64,000 nt of DNA, taken from contig OX597828.1 in NCBI GenBank assembly GCA_951406725.2, positions 61,504,001 to 61,568,000 of the forward strand, in the 5' to 3' direction. This stretch comes from Octopus vulgaris. Its lineage: Eukaryota. This document shows positions 41,505 to 54,768 of the stretch, piece by piece. The position numbers and the translations under genes are program-made. Positions within the stretch are counted from its first letter, which is position 1; every line of letters begins with the position of its first letter. The notes under the pieces were generated by a model. That model made no database searches and was not told the origin of the DNA. It saw nothing but the letters and a program-made list of their open reading frames with translations.

Positions 41505-42292
41505 ATTTTACGCTTAAACTATGATCATCTTCGATTGACGTTGTTGTAGACAAACCATTTTTCATCACCAGTGATGATTCGTTTAAAAAAAAAGGTCGAT
41601 TTCATTGCGTTTGAGATGCATATCGCAAATATTGATTCGTTGTGTTAAATGGATTTCTTTCAATTTATGTGGAACCCAAAGATCGAGCATCTTAACGGGT
41701 TGAAGAAATTTAAAGTGATTTTCAGTTGTTGAGTGTGATACATTTAACCTCTCTGCGATCTTTCACACAGTTACATGACAACCAGGTTCAATTATGGCCA
41801 TGATTCGGTCATCATCAACTTCAGTAGGTCGATCAGAACGTTGATCAACTTTGACTGAAAAATTTCCAGAACTAATTTTTAACCACTTTCTGACATGTGC
41901 GTTCTGTTAAGCAATCAACACCATAAACTTTACATATCTCTTTGTGAGCCTCGGCAGCTTTCTTGCCTTTACAAAAATATAAAAATCAAAATATGGTGAA
42001 AATGTTCGTTTTTGCACTCCATGTTAAAATTGACACTGAACTAACAGCTGTAAACAAAATTTCGCGCAATTTGCTTCTAAAGTAAGCTAAAAGTAGATTA
42101 TCTCGGTAACCATATGAGCAATGAAAAAATGCAAAGCCCAGCATCATCACCGAATTATTCTACACATCTGTGTAATTTTTAGCTCAATTCCAAATGCCGA
42201 AAGGAAAATATAACAATAATAAAAGTCATTTAAAAAAATCGTAATTCTATCTATTTGCGAAAAACGAAATTACCTTCTTGCCAACCCAATAT
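41505..42292 (-). mobile_element. Truncated, decayed mariner transposon
   Basis: Minus-strand FFKRIITGDEKWFVYNNVNRR; TIR-like end tattgggttggcaagaaggtaatttcg. Confidence 0.8.
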
Positions 42293-42408
42293 TTAGAGAG
42301 ATAAATATATATCCGTGTATATGTATGTATGTATGTATGTATGCATATATACATTCATGTGTGTATGTACATATGTATGTAGCTATGTATTTGTGTATGT
42401 GTGTGTAT

Positions 42409-42466
<58 letters not shown>

Positions 42467-42500
42467 GTAATGAGAGATAGCCAGACTGACAGACACATAA

Positions 42501-42560
<60 letters not shown>

Positions 42561-42571
42561 AAAGTATATAA

Positions 42572-42680
42572 AGAGGAGGAACCACGTCCGGTTTCGGCCC
42601 CTACTCCTCTACCGTTTTGATGTGGCGCCCCCACCCCCCACTCGTTTCGGAGGTGTCTTCAGCTCTGGTGTTGAGATATG
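42572..42680 (-). mobile_element. Solo copy of the 3'-terminal segment seen in the Hero-like element
   Basis: Reverse complement matches 11805-11899 (gctgaagacacctccgaaa ... ggggccgaaac.ggacgtggttcctcct). Confidence 0.75.
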
Positions 42681-43206
42681 ATATCAGGTTTGGGTGCAGG
42701 ACGTGTCTTCAAATAGCAGTCGATCGAATTGACTCAAGAAAATATAAAATCAAATAATAATTATATCAACACGTGATACTTCTGAATCCCACATATACAC
42801 ACACACAAGTGCGTATAAGTAAACACAATAACACAAATGCGTGTGTGTGATTTAGAAGTATCACGTGTTGATATATTTTATAGCTTTCTAATTTTTATCT
42901 ATTGTTATATTTGGAGATGGTCATATTTTGTGTGTGTCTGTGTGTGTAGACATGATGTATATATTTGAGTTTTGTCGTCTTAATCTAATAACTTAATTTC
43001 GAAAATTGATTATTAGTGGACCAATTCTGAATTACTTCATTTTTGTGCATATTCTTGTAGTTACTGTTAAATGTATCATTATATTAGTATTTAATATTAA
43101 TTACATATCACAAATAAGATGTCTTCATTATACTAAATGGATGAATGTATAAATACACTTATTTAATTTATTAATTAATTGATGATAATTATAATAATAA
43201 TTATAT

Positions 43207-43347
43207 ATATTTCTTTACTACCCACAAGGGGCTAAACATGGAGGGGACAAACAAGGACAGACACACGGATTAAGTCGATTACATCAACCCAGTGCGAAAC
43301 TGGTATTTTATTTATCGACACCGAGAGGATGAAAGGCAAAGTCGACA
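43207..43347 (-). mobile_element. SINE family D, 3' fragment
   Basis: Matches 54215-54350. Confidence 0.8.
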
Positions 43348-44401
43348 ATAATTATAATGATAAATAGTCTCATTTGACTTGCTAAATAAATTTAATAACC
43401 AAAATATTAATTATTATGGTATTGTGTAGTTTATAAATTGTATTCTTATTACAACAATGTTGTTTGTTACTTCTGAAAGTATTGATAGAGTTCATCAAGA
43501 ACAATCCTTAATACTTGTTTGGTTTATATTAATGATTTCTATCCATTCCTTAAATTCTCCCTTCAATAATATACGAATAACAATCATTATTTAAGTAACT
43601 TCAAATCTGGTTACCCCTAAAAAATTAGTAAATTTGATTTCCATTACTATAGCCAAAATATATATCTATGAGGTACTTTGGTTATCGCCTTAAGTTTATA
43701 TCAATGTTTATTACGGAATTCTCCCTACGATAAATTAAGTCAAAAAAAAAAAAAACAGATTTTATTAGGTTTCTAGTCATATCTACGACGGAATTATCCC
43801 TCCGAGAAAACAATAATTATAGAAGAATATTGTTAATTAATTTAAACAATAATTTTTCATATCAATTAATTTAAATAAATAGAAGAGTGTTTGTATTGAA
43901 GATGTAATTGTTTATATATTATTTTTGTTGCAGTTATACATAGAGGAAGACTTAGATACTTAATTATATGCATATATATACACACCTATCTTATTGTTGT
44001 ATGTTGTGGTAACGTGGGACTTTCTTGGACATGAACGGGTTTTGATTGATATGTATTTGAGATGTTATGAAGTGAATTTCGATGGTCGTTGATTGCACTT
44101 ACTTGACTGTATCGTCCGTTAGAGTGTTTTTGTTATTTTTTAATTGTAATTGATGTAAGATTGAATTGTTAACGCTCACGCTCATCACACAGATATTTGA
44201 ATTAATTTTTACAATCCAGCCGTCCTTTCACATGGAATTTCGTCTATCTTAAACCATGACCCCGAAGTGACATATATATAACGGAACTGTTATTGTGTAT
44301 GTATATCAGAAAATGTATATAAGTCGAAACAATTTGTTGAACTTTTATAGTTTTTTAATAAATGTTTATGTTATATAATATTATGTTATATTATGTTCTC
44401 A

Positions 44402-44815
44402 GTTGTTGTTGTTGGCATCCTTTTTGTCTCGGGAGACAATGGAGTTGCACATAAAATAATCTAGTCCGGCTTTTACATTTCATGTCCTAATACATCTTCT
44501 GCTGTGGCTGTGTAGTCCTATCCTGGACAAACACTCCCTCTGGCAGCTGCTGCAAATATAGCGAAGACTGGCTGGTTGTAATGTCATAGTTTCTTCTTGA
44601 CGTCTTTTCTTGTTCCATTTCTCCTCTCTCTCTGTCACTCCTTTGTGTTCCCTCTTTTACGGTACGTCATCAATCTCCACAGTTGCTGGCAACTGCTTCC
44701 CAGTTGCTACTATTGATGTCGCAGGCCTTCATGTCCCTTTTGCAAACATCCTTGTATCGTAAGAACGGTCTTCCCACAGACCTAGTGCCCCTAGCAAGCT
44801 CTCCGTAGAATATGT
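44402..44815 (-). mobile_element. RTE-clade LINE 3' end
   Basis: YGELARGTRSVGRPFLRYKDVCKRDMKACDINSSNWEAVA, with a (CAA)n tail. Confidence 0.8.
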
Positions 44816-45001
44816 TCACAGCATATCATGTAATATAATATAAATATAAATAAATTATTGGATTGTCAATAGTATCTCTCTATTTAATTTATATTTGTAA
44901 TTGCATTACACACATATTTATATGGTAGTCAACTGACGTACCAGTGAATTGGATGTTTAGCACACCCCTCCGAAGGATCTTTTCCTCAGTTTGTTACTTT
45001 A

Positions 45002-45100
<99 letters not shown>

Positions 45101-45156
45101 TGTATGTATGTATGTATGTATGTATGTGTATATGTATGTATATATATATATATATA

Positions 45157-45302
45157 CTTTATTTAAAGCAGGAGAAAATTCAACAAAACCTGTAACAGGT
45201 TTTGTTGAATTTTCTGCTGCTTTAAATAAAGCATATTACTCTACCACTGGTATTTGAGTACTCTTTTTTCCACCTTGTTTCACATTTATGTGTTTACTCC
45301 GG
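45157..45302 (+). mobile_element. Fold-back element of the same family as 17231-17461 (37-bp arms plus 3' extension) in (TA)n
   Basis: Arms 45157-45193 and 45195-45231; the extension is the reverse complement of 17233-17303. Confidence 0.85.
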
Positions 45303-45516
45303 TATATATATATATATATATATAAATAATATAAATTAGAGAAAAAACACTATTATGCAATTCAAACAATGATAGACATAAACCAAATCATAAATAAAAA
45401 ATAAAATATATTTTTATAAAACATATAACTAGATCACAAAAAGTATAAAAATGAATAATAAATATATAATAAGTAATATATAATAAGTAATATTGCATAA
45501 TAGTGGTTTTTCTCTA

Positions 45517-45559
<43 letters not shown>

Positions 45560-45560
<1 letters not shown>

Positions 45561-46052
45561 TAGCAGTATCGCCCGGCGTTGCTCGGGTTTGTAAGGGAAA
45601 TAACTATATAAGCATTTTTAGAGAGTTACTTCCCTTATAGATGCCAATTCGGGCTTTCTTAGCCATTTCTGTTTTGGTGTCTTCAAGCCATGAAGTCGTT
45701 GTTCTAAAAGAACGCTGGTCTCCTTGACAACGCTTTACGACGTTGATTTCCTTACACTCCCTTCCCCACAGCTTCACGAGGGAGGGAAGAAGGGGGAAAA
45801 GCAAACAGGTGCAGGTGTGACCATGGACGCCAACTCCGCCGCCATCGACACACGAAAAATTATGCATTAAAATGGAATAAAAAATTATGTTAAATTATTT
45901 TTAAAATCGTAGACTCATCGTTGACGCGCGCTAATACGCAGACGGGCTCGATATGAATCACGACTATAAGATACCCGAATTTGGTTAAACTGCACCGCAA
46001 AATGTGGGAGTAGTTAGGAATCTAAATCGAAGGGGACAGACACTCACACAAC
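45560..46052 (-). mobile_element. Non-autonomous Helitron
   Basis: Minus-strand 3' end cccgagcaacgccggg hairpin ... CTAG followed by T; 5' end tatataaaactgtagttgtgtgagtgtctgtc. Confidence 0.8.
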
Positions 46053-46056
46053 TACA

Positions 46057-46113
<57 letters not shown>

Positions 46114-46709
46114 ATGTTTGTATATATGTGTGTGTGTGTTTGGGTTTGTTATAGTGTGTTTGTATCTGTCGATGTTTTGGGATGTGTGTGCCCTTCTCGA
46201 TGACTGTGAATTCCCATAACCTAATAACAATTTCTGCAAATTTTCTTTTATGTTTTTCTTCCATCTTACTTCCCATAATTTCCCACCTCTTCTATTCTTT
46301 CCTTTCTTTTCATGCATTTTTATATTTACAATTTGCCCGTTCCTGTCTCCTCTCTCTTTTTTTACTTTGATTTATCCTTCCTCTCTTTCCCCTTCCCAAT
46401 CTTTCTATACATCTCCTCCTTGTCTCACAATATTCTTGTTCGTTTCGATAACGTCATTTTAAATTCCTAGCGTCCCCTGTTCATATGTCAGTATTTTGTG
46501 AATGAATGAATAATAACGTATATGCGCTTAAGTAGGTGTGTGCATGTGTATACAATTATCTGTTTCGGTCTATCGATGTTTTGGGATGTGTATGCTCTTG
46601 TGTAGGTATATGATTGTTTGTTTATATGTATAAGTATGTGATCGTAAACGTATACTTTCGCATAAGAATGTTTCTATGTTGCTGCCGCGAAAATATGTGC
46701 GAGTATATG

Positions 46710-46773
<64 letters not shown>

Positions 46774-47096
46774 TATATATATATATGGGTGTGTGTGATT
46801 GTGTATAGAAGAATATATTAATAAAAAGAATTCCAACCTTGTCTGATTTTCACGTTTTATTTACAATCTTATAATGATATATTATAAGATAATATATTAT
46901 AATTGAATAAAATAAAATGAAATAGTAGAATGTTAAATATTCATTCTGATTGAACTAGTACTTTCATGCATTGAATTCTGCAATCTTCGGGTTCATGTAG
47001 TAGTGTTGACAGTCATGCTTCACAATTTTTGACTGTAGCAAGATGAGTGATTCTGTGCTATAAATACAGCTGGGTAGGCTCCAAAAACATAGAGAA

Positions 47097-48386
47097 GTGA
47101 TTCCCAGCAGATTCACAGTGCCATTTATATTAGACACAGTCAAACTTATTCTAGAAAATAACACATTCTTCTTCAATGGAAAGAATTACATCCAAATTAG
47201 AGGCACGGCGATGGGAACGAGGTTTGCTCCCGTTTACGCCAACTCTGTAATGGGATACTTAGAAGAACAACTCTACCAAGAGGTGGAGGTAAACTATGGC
47301 ACTGGACTTAGAAAGTATATTGAAAAGGCATGGAAGAGATACCTAGACGACTGTTTCATAATCTGGACAGAATCTCTAAATACTCTGGAAGAGTTCAATA
47401 TCCTCCTGAACAACCTACACCCATCTCTCAAATTTACAAAGGAGATGAGTAGTACCAAATTACCATTCCTGGATATAATGGTAATTAAAAAAGACACCAC
47501 CATCACCACAGATATATACTATAAACACACAGACACACATCAATACCTAAATTTTAAGTCGTGCAATCCACCACATACAAAACGTAACATCCCATACTGC
47601 CTAGCCAGAAGAATTTGTACTATTGTAGAAGATGCAAATATCAGGAACAAACGCCTAATAGAACTAAGAGAATTTTTGCTCAAACAAAAATACCCATCTC
47701 TACTTATAGAAAATGGCATACAGCGGGCTATAAAAATACCTATACAACAACTTAGGACAACCCAAGGAAGAGGAAAACAAGAACAAGTCATACCATTCAT
47801 AGTGACACACAACCCATGTCACCAGAATATCTTCAACATTGCCAAAGCAAACCTACCAATCATTGCCCAAAGTAATGAATTAAAAGACATAATCAAGGAT
47901 CAAGCTATGGTGCTTAGTAAAAGACAGCCTAAAAACTTGAAAACATTACTAACAAAGGCAAAATTTGACCTCAGCAACAAAGACCAAACATTCACGGTAT
48001 CTAAATGCAATGATAGCCGATGTGGCACATGCCAATTCATACATACCGGTCAATATATAAACACAAAAACCGGGAAAATATTCACAAACGCGAATATGAA
48101 CTGCAAAAGCAGAAATTTAATTTACTGCATCAAATGCCCAAATTGTGAAGAAATATATGTAGGTCAGACGGGAAACGCACTATTAGAACGCTCACGTGTA
48201 CACCGGCAACAGATTAGAGACCCAGAGGTCCGTCAGATACCTTTGAGTAACCACCTAGCAACATGTGGTCGGAAAATATATATAATATTTCCATTCTACA
48301 AATTACACAGCCCAAGTGAAATCGAGAGGAAAATCAGAGAAAAGAATTTTATTGATAAATTCGAACCCAAGCTAAATAAGCAATAA
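47097..48386 (+). CDS. PLE reverse transcriptase C-terminal half plus GIY-YIG endonuclease (N-truncated, uninterrupted)
   Basis: GTAMGTRFAP, RYLDDCF, LPFLD, YYKHTDTHQYL, CNDSRCGTC linker, NLIYCIKCPNCEEIYVGQT, H...H, PKLN. Confidence 0.93.
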   Translation: MIPSRFTVPFILDTVKLILENNTFFFNGKNYIQIRGTAMGTRFAPVYANSVMGYLEEQLYQEVEVNYGTGLRKYIEKAWKRYLDDCFIIWTESLNTLEEFNILLNNLHPSLKFTKEMSSTKLPFLDIMVIKKDTTITTDIYYKHTDTHQYLNFKSCNPPHTKRNIPYCLARRICTIVEDANIRNKRLIELREFLLKQKYPSLLIENGIQRAIKIPIQQLRTTQGRGKQEQVIPFIVTHNPCHQNIFNIAKANLPIIAQSNELKDIIKDQAMVLSKRQPKNLKTLLTKAKFDLSNKDQTFTVSKCNDSRCGTCQFIHTGQYINTKTGKIFTNANMNCKSRNLIYCIKCPNCEEIYVGQTGNALLERSRVHRQQIRDPEVRQIPLSNHLATCGRKIYIIFPFYKLHSPSEIERKIREKNFIDKFEPKLNKQ

Positions 48387-48880
48387 TAATAATACTTAGA
48401 GGTATTACTTCCACTGCTACGACCATGACCACTAACAACAACAACAATACTAAAGGTGATCAAGACGAAGATAGCAGGAAAATTATCTTATTTAGGGTTA
48501 AAAGTTCTATTGCCACCACCATCACCACTAGCAACAATAATTAAGGTGCTGACAATGATGATGATGACAATTGAAATATAAAAATATAAAAATCTCTGAC
48601 AAAGGATATTTACAACATTTCTAAAAATAACCCAACAATTGCTGCTTCGGCCAGGGTCAAGATACAGGACTCTTGACCTGTCCAACAAAGCGTGATGCCT
48701 AAACCAATCAGCTCAACCAACCAATCAACTTAAGTAATTGAGTGATACTACACACTGATTGGTCAGAATACAGTTTGCAAAACCTAGCACTCTGGAGCCT
48801 ACCCAGCTGTATTTATAGCACAGAATCACTCATCTTGCTACAGTCAAAAATTGTGAAGCATGACTGTCAACACTACTACA

Positions 48881-48925
48881 TGAACCCGAAGATTGCAGAA
48901 TTCAATGCATGAAAGTACTAGTTCA
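48881..48925 (+). ncRNA. Minimal hammerhead motif in the pLTR (U4C core); mirror copy at 46951-46995 on the minus strand
   Basis: tgaac-CCGAAGA-ttgcagaattcaatgcat-GAAA-gtac-TA-gttca; stem III is the AGTACT palindrome. Confidence 0.8.
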
Positions 48926-49052
48926 ATCAGAATGAATATTTAACATTCTACTATTTCATTTTATTTTATTCAATTATAATATATTATCTTATAATATATC
49001 ATTATAAGATTGTAAATAAAACGTGAAAATCAGACAAGGTTGGAATTCTTTT

Positions 49053-49120
<68 letters not shown>

Positions 49121-49248
49121 GTCTGTGAGTATATTTCTGTCTATGTATTGAATATATATCTATGTGTGTTTGTGTGTATGTATATGTATATATTTATGTG
49201 TATGTTTATATATAGGAAAATCTTTCTATCTATCTATCTATCTATCTT

Positions 49249-49284
<36 letters not shown>

Positions 49285-49587
49285 CATGCATATATATATA
49301 CATGTATATATATATATGTGTGTGTGTATATTTGTATATATGTACATGTATATATATATGTGTGTGTGTATATATATTTGTATATATGTATATATTTTTT
49401 GTGTATGTGTATGTATATTAATGCGTGTTTATGTATATGTGTTTGTATACGCTTGTATTTTTTATATTTACACGTCACATATTTGAGTGTGTGTACGCAT
49501 GCGCGCATATGAATATAAATACGTTAAATTTTATAGGATTTTTTATTGCTGTTAACCTGTCTGTTTGATGAGTTTGTTATTTGTACC

Positions 49588-49671
49588 CTTCCTGATGAGA
49601 CTGATGCACTGCTGACCATAATTTGTCCTGTCGGACATTTTAAAGTGCATCCGTCGAAACATATGTAGAAG
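49588..49671 (+). ncRNA. Type-I hammerhead ribozyme motif with an extended stem II and canonical core
   Basis: cttc-CTGATGA-gac.gatgcact...agtgcatc.gtc-GAAA-catatg-TA-gaag. Confidence 0.85.
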
Positions 49672-49858
49672 AATTCAAGATATAAATGGTTTAACAACAT
49701 CTCGAGAATTCGTCTCCTGTCTAATCTTGCCATTTTCTACTAAATACGACTTACTATCTCGGATTTCAACATTTAGTTATCTTGTAAATATTCCACTATA
49801 GTTTTCCTTCAAATTGTAAACTCTCTCTCTCTCTCTGTATATGTATATATACATATAC

Positions 49859-49910
<52 letters not shown>

Positions 49911-50779
49911 CTGTGTGTGTATATATATATGTATACACAAATATATACATATACATATATATATACACACATATGTATATACATATATATACTATCATAT
50001 ATATATATTATACATGCACTGACGCTAACACGCATACATATGTGTATGTGCGTTTGCATGTGTGCATGATTGTTGTCGCTACATTGTTTAGACCCAGCAC
50101 ACATGATTGTACTCACTGAATTTTTTAGAAAAACTTGATGCCTAAAATTTACTTAATTCCTAACTTACGATTACTATTATCTTCAACGAGGCCTATTATA
50201 TTTTGCCTACTCTACTCATTGAGTATTAAATACATATATACATACATACATACTTATGCATATATACACATACATATATACATACATACGCATACACTCA
50301 TACATACATATATACATACATACACATGTAAATGAGTGCGTGTGAGTGTGTGTGTGTGTGTGCGCGCGCGCATTAATACGTGCCTGCGTATATACAGCCT
50401 TGTGGTGGAAATTAAGGTGATTGAAACGAATGTGTGGGAGACCACTGAGTGGGCTGTTACATGATTTCGAGGCACCAGTCTTATCAAATTGTATCCCACT
50501 AATTCTTTATGAAGATTACATTAAGGATACAAGTGTATGGAATACTCAACCACTTACATAATAATGAATTATTAGTGGGTTGATAGTTCCAGTGATCAGT
50601 CATCTAGAATACACATGCGTCTATACGGGATTTCAACATTATGTGTGTGTCTGTGTGTTTGTGTAAGTGGTTTTCTTTCTCTTTGTAATTTTAGAGTAAA
50701 TTTTGAACGGCCACCGACTTGGTAGCAAAGTTGTGAAGTAAAGTATCTTGATTTAACCATCATCCTTTAAATCTTAAGA

Positions 50780-51106
50780 ACTTCTTAGAGTCCCAGATAT
50801 CGTGATCATTTGTAACTTATGAATTAGGGATTTGCACTCTTGCCCCCAAGATCGCGAGATCAGCCATACTTTGCTCCAGACGGGTCGGTATGTATCCTGT
50901 TGCTCCAATACTGATAAGTATGAAGCTGAAAGTGTACCTTGGGTACTGGATTTGCAAACACCTTATCAATGATCGATAGATCTCCACTTCTCCTGTATTT
51001 TTCTGGTCAAATTCATGTCCAGACAGCAGCTGATTTCCACAACAGAACATATCTTTAGGTTGCGGTCCCACGCAACGATATATTCTTTAGACCTATCTGT
51101 CTCAGT
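50780..51106 (-). mobile_element. Decayed REL-endonuclease LINE 3' fragment next to (TACA)n
   Basis: IVAWDRNLKICSVVEISC.LDMN...YPRYTFSFILISIGATGYIP. Confidence 0.7.
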
Positions 51107-51684
51107 TATGTATGTGTCTATGTATGTATGTATGTATGTATGTATGTATGTATGTATGTATGTATGTATGTATGTATGTATGTATGTATGCATGTATGTA
51201 TGAATAAAGACAAACCTGAAATCTATATGACAACCTCATACCTCATACTGACAGGCATCCATGTAAGCCAGTACATGTAGGGTGGGCTCATCATTGACAA
51301 AATCGGTATCATCAAAACGTTTCGCGAATCTTGTGGTTTCTGAACACTCATATAAGATGAAAATACTCGCCCAAAGATTAATCAACTTAAGGGAATCAAC
51401 TATTCATTATCGTGAATATATAAATACGCATGTGCGTATATATCTGCATTTACACGTGTATGCACATCCGCCCAGGAGAAGGGCACTCTTACTTGGGACT
51501 TGCAGTTTTAATGTCCCTGGTGGTCTTGGTTGTTTTTGTTTGTTACAAGTTTAGACACTTCAAGCGTTTGGAAAGCAGCATTCATTTTGCACGAATGTTT
51601 AGCCCTTTAAATCTATACCTATATGTGTATATATGTGTAGGCATGAATGTATGAGTATACATACATAGATACATACATACGTTA

Positions 51685-52528
<844 letters not shown>

Positions 52529-53149
52529 GTATGTATGTATGTATGTATGTATGTATGTATGTATGTATGTATGTATGTATGCATGCATGTATGTATGTAT
52601 GTATGTATGTATGTATGTATGTATGTATGTATGTATGTATGTATACAGGGAAGTGGGAGAATACTGTCAAAATTAACGAAAATAAGAAACCAAAGTTAAA
52701 ACAAAGTAATTATTAGTACCTTTGACCTTGCGAACTTAGGCTTTTCTTTAGAAAAATCGATAGATTGAGGGGAGATATAAATAATAAGGAAAGGAAAAAG
52801 GGTGACAGCAAAATAAAGACGTATTGTTCTGTCACAAATCATGGTGAATTCGACAAGGAATGAAGAAGGATGGAATTTTAGGCAAATTATATCGTTAGCA
52901 CGCCGGGCAAAATTCGGAATTGAAATTCTGTGGAGGTCGAATTATTTTTTATCCTTTCGGAGTTGATAAAGTAAGTATCCGTTGGACACCGAGGATCGAT
53001 GTAATCGACTTTCACCCTCCCTTGAAATTACTGGCCTTGTGCCAAAATTTGAAACCAATTACATATATCCACATGTGTGTCAGTGGCAGTTTTTTATGTA
53101 TTGTGAATTCGGAATATATGACATAGTATGAATGGGTCAGATAATGTGT

Positions 53150-53188
<39 letters not shown>

Positions 53189-53411
53189 CAAACTAGCATG
53201 TGCGCTTTCTGCGATGACTTAATAAGCGGTGCCGAATTTTACAATTCTGTAAATATTAATAATAGACTGTGAATATGTATTTTTATGTGACGTGTATTTA
53301 GTTGGTTAGTGTGCGTGATGGTGTTATGGTGAGAAGGTAGTTGTATGTCTGCGCCGTTACTATGACTATGTGTTTGATTCATTGTTACTACGTGTGTACA
53401 TACCTCTGTGC

Positions 53412-53476
<65 letters not shown>

Positions 53477-54214
53477 CGTGTGTGTGTGCGTGTGCATACA
53501 TATTTTTGTTTCGTTGTTCCTTAGTCTACTTTGTAAACTAAAAAAATTAAAACTGTTCAACGTATATACATAGAAATATACACATACTGGATCACAACCT
53601 TGTTCATCATTTCCACAAGAATGGAAATTTAAACAACGAGCTGCAAATATTAATATGAAATCTTACAGAATATCTATTACAAAGTGCGCCGACAAGTACA
53701 GCCGTAACGCATTCATGGAGATATAAATTTATGTATGCATACGTACCTATATATTATAAGCAGAATCAGGTGCTCCATAAACAAGCGTATACCGATATAA
53801 ATTTATATGTAGACTAACTAAATTAATAACTTCTCGAGATATAGGCATTAAAATAGATATATACTGGGGCACAAAGGTATTTCTGGAAACTGGGTGCATG
53901 CAAGAAATACAAGTAGAATCTTGTTGAGCCAAGGACAAGATAACAGAATTAAGAATTTAATTACATTATATAGACAGACTTCATGGACAAAAGAAGAGAA
54001 ATTATCGTTACGTTATATTTCATCTTAATATTCAAACGTCGTCGCTTACGATCTTACTGAATGACCACCACATCTTGTAGGTATTTACCATCATATAACT
54101 GTTAATACTTCAAAGAATCATTTCCCACTTGTTCTACATACGATGAAGATCGACAGAATCTACACAGACCTCTGTGTGGAATGAAGGATTTAATTATAAT
54201 ATCTGTACGCGCAT

Positions 54215-54426
54215 ATATATTTCTTTATTGCTCACAAGGCGCTAAACACAGAGGGGACAAACAAGGACAGACAAATGGATTAAGTCGATTACACCGACCC
54301 CAGAGCGAAACTGGTACTTAATTTATCGACCCCGAAAGGATGAAAGGCGGAATTTGAACTCACAACGTAACGGCAGACGAAATACGGCTACGCATTTCGC
54401 CCGGCCTGCTAACGATTCTGCCAGCT
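54215..54426 (-). mobile_element. SINE family D
   Basis: Minus strand agctggcagaatcgttagc ... gagttcaaattccgcc ... tttcatcctttcggggtcgataaattaagtaccag; degraded relatives at about 52890-53060 and 24320-24440. Confidence 0.8.
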
Positions 54427-54636
54427 GTACACGCATATAACCGCTTATATGCCCGTACTCACGGTATGTATTGCACAGTTTCATCGTCAATATATGAAAA
54501 TTAATACAAGCATAAACGATATGTATAAGTGTGTGTTAGTTTTAATTTATCGCCCAGTTAACTCCACCATCTTGGCATCTTTGTTGCCTCTAGCGGAGTA
54601 TTGCAAATTTTTGGGCGCAGAGATATGAAATAGTTA

Positions 54637-54714
<78 letters not shown>

Positions 54715-54768
54715 ACACAAACACACACACATACACAAACACACACAACACACTCATATACATATATA

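Larger units (their letters stand above)
46821..49055 (+). mobile_element. Young 5'-truncated Penelope-like element (Neptune-type) with an inverted 5' pLTR
   Basis: 263-bp apparently identical inverted repeats at 46821-47083 and 48793-49055 flank an intact RT plus GIY-YIG ORF; (TA)n flanks. Confidence 0.95.
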
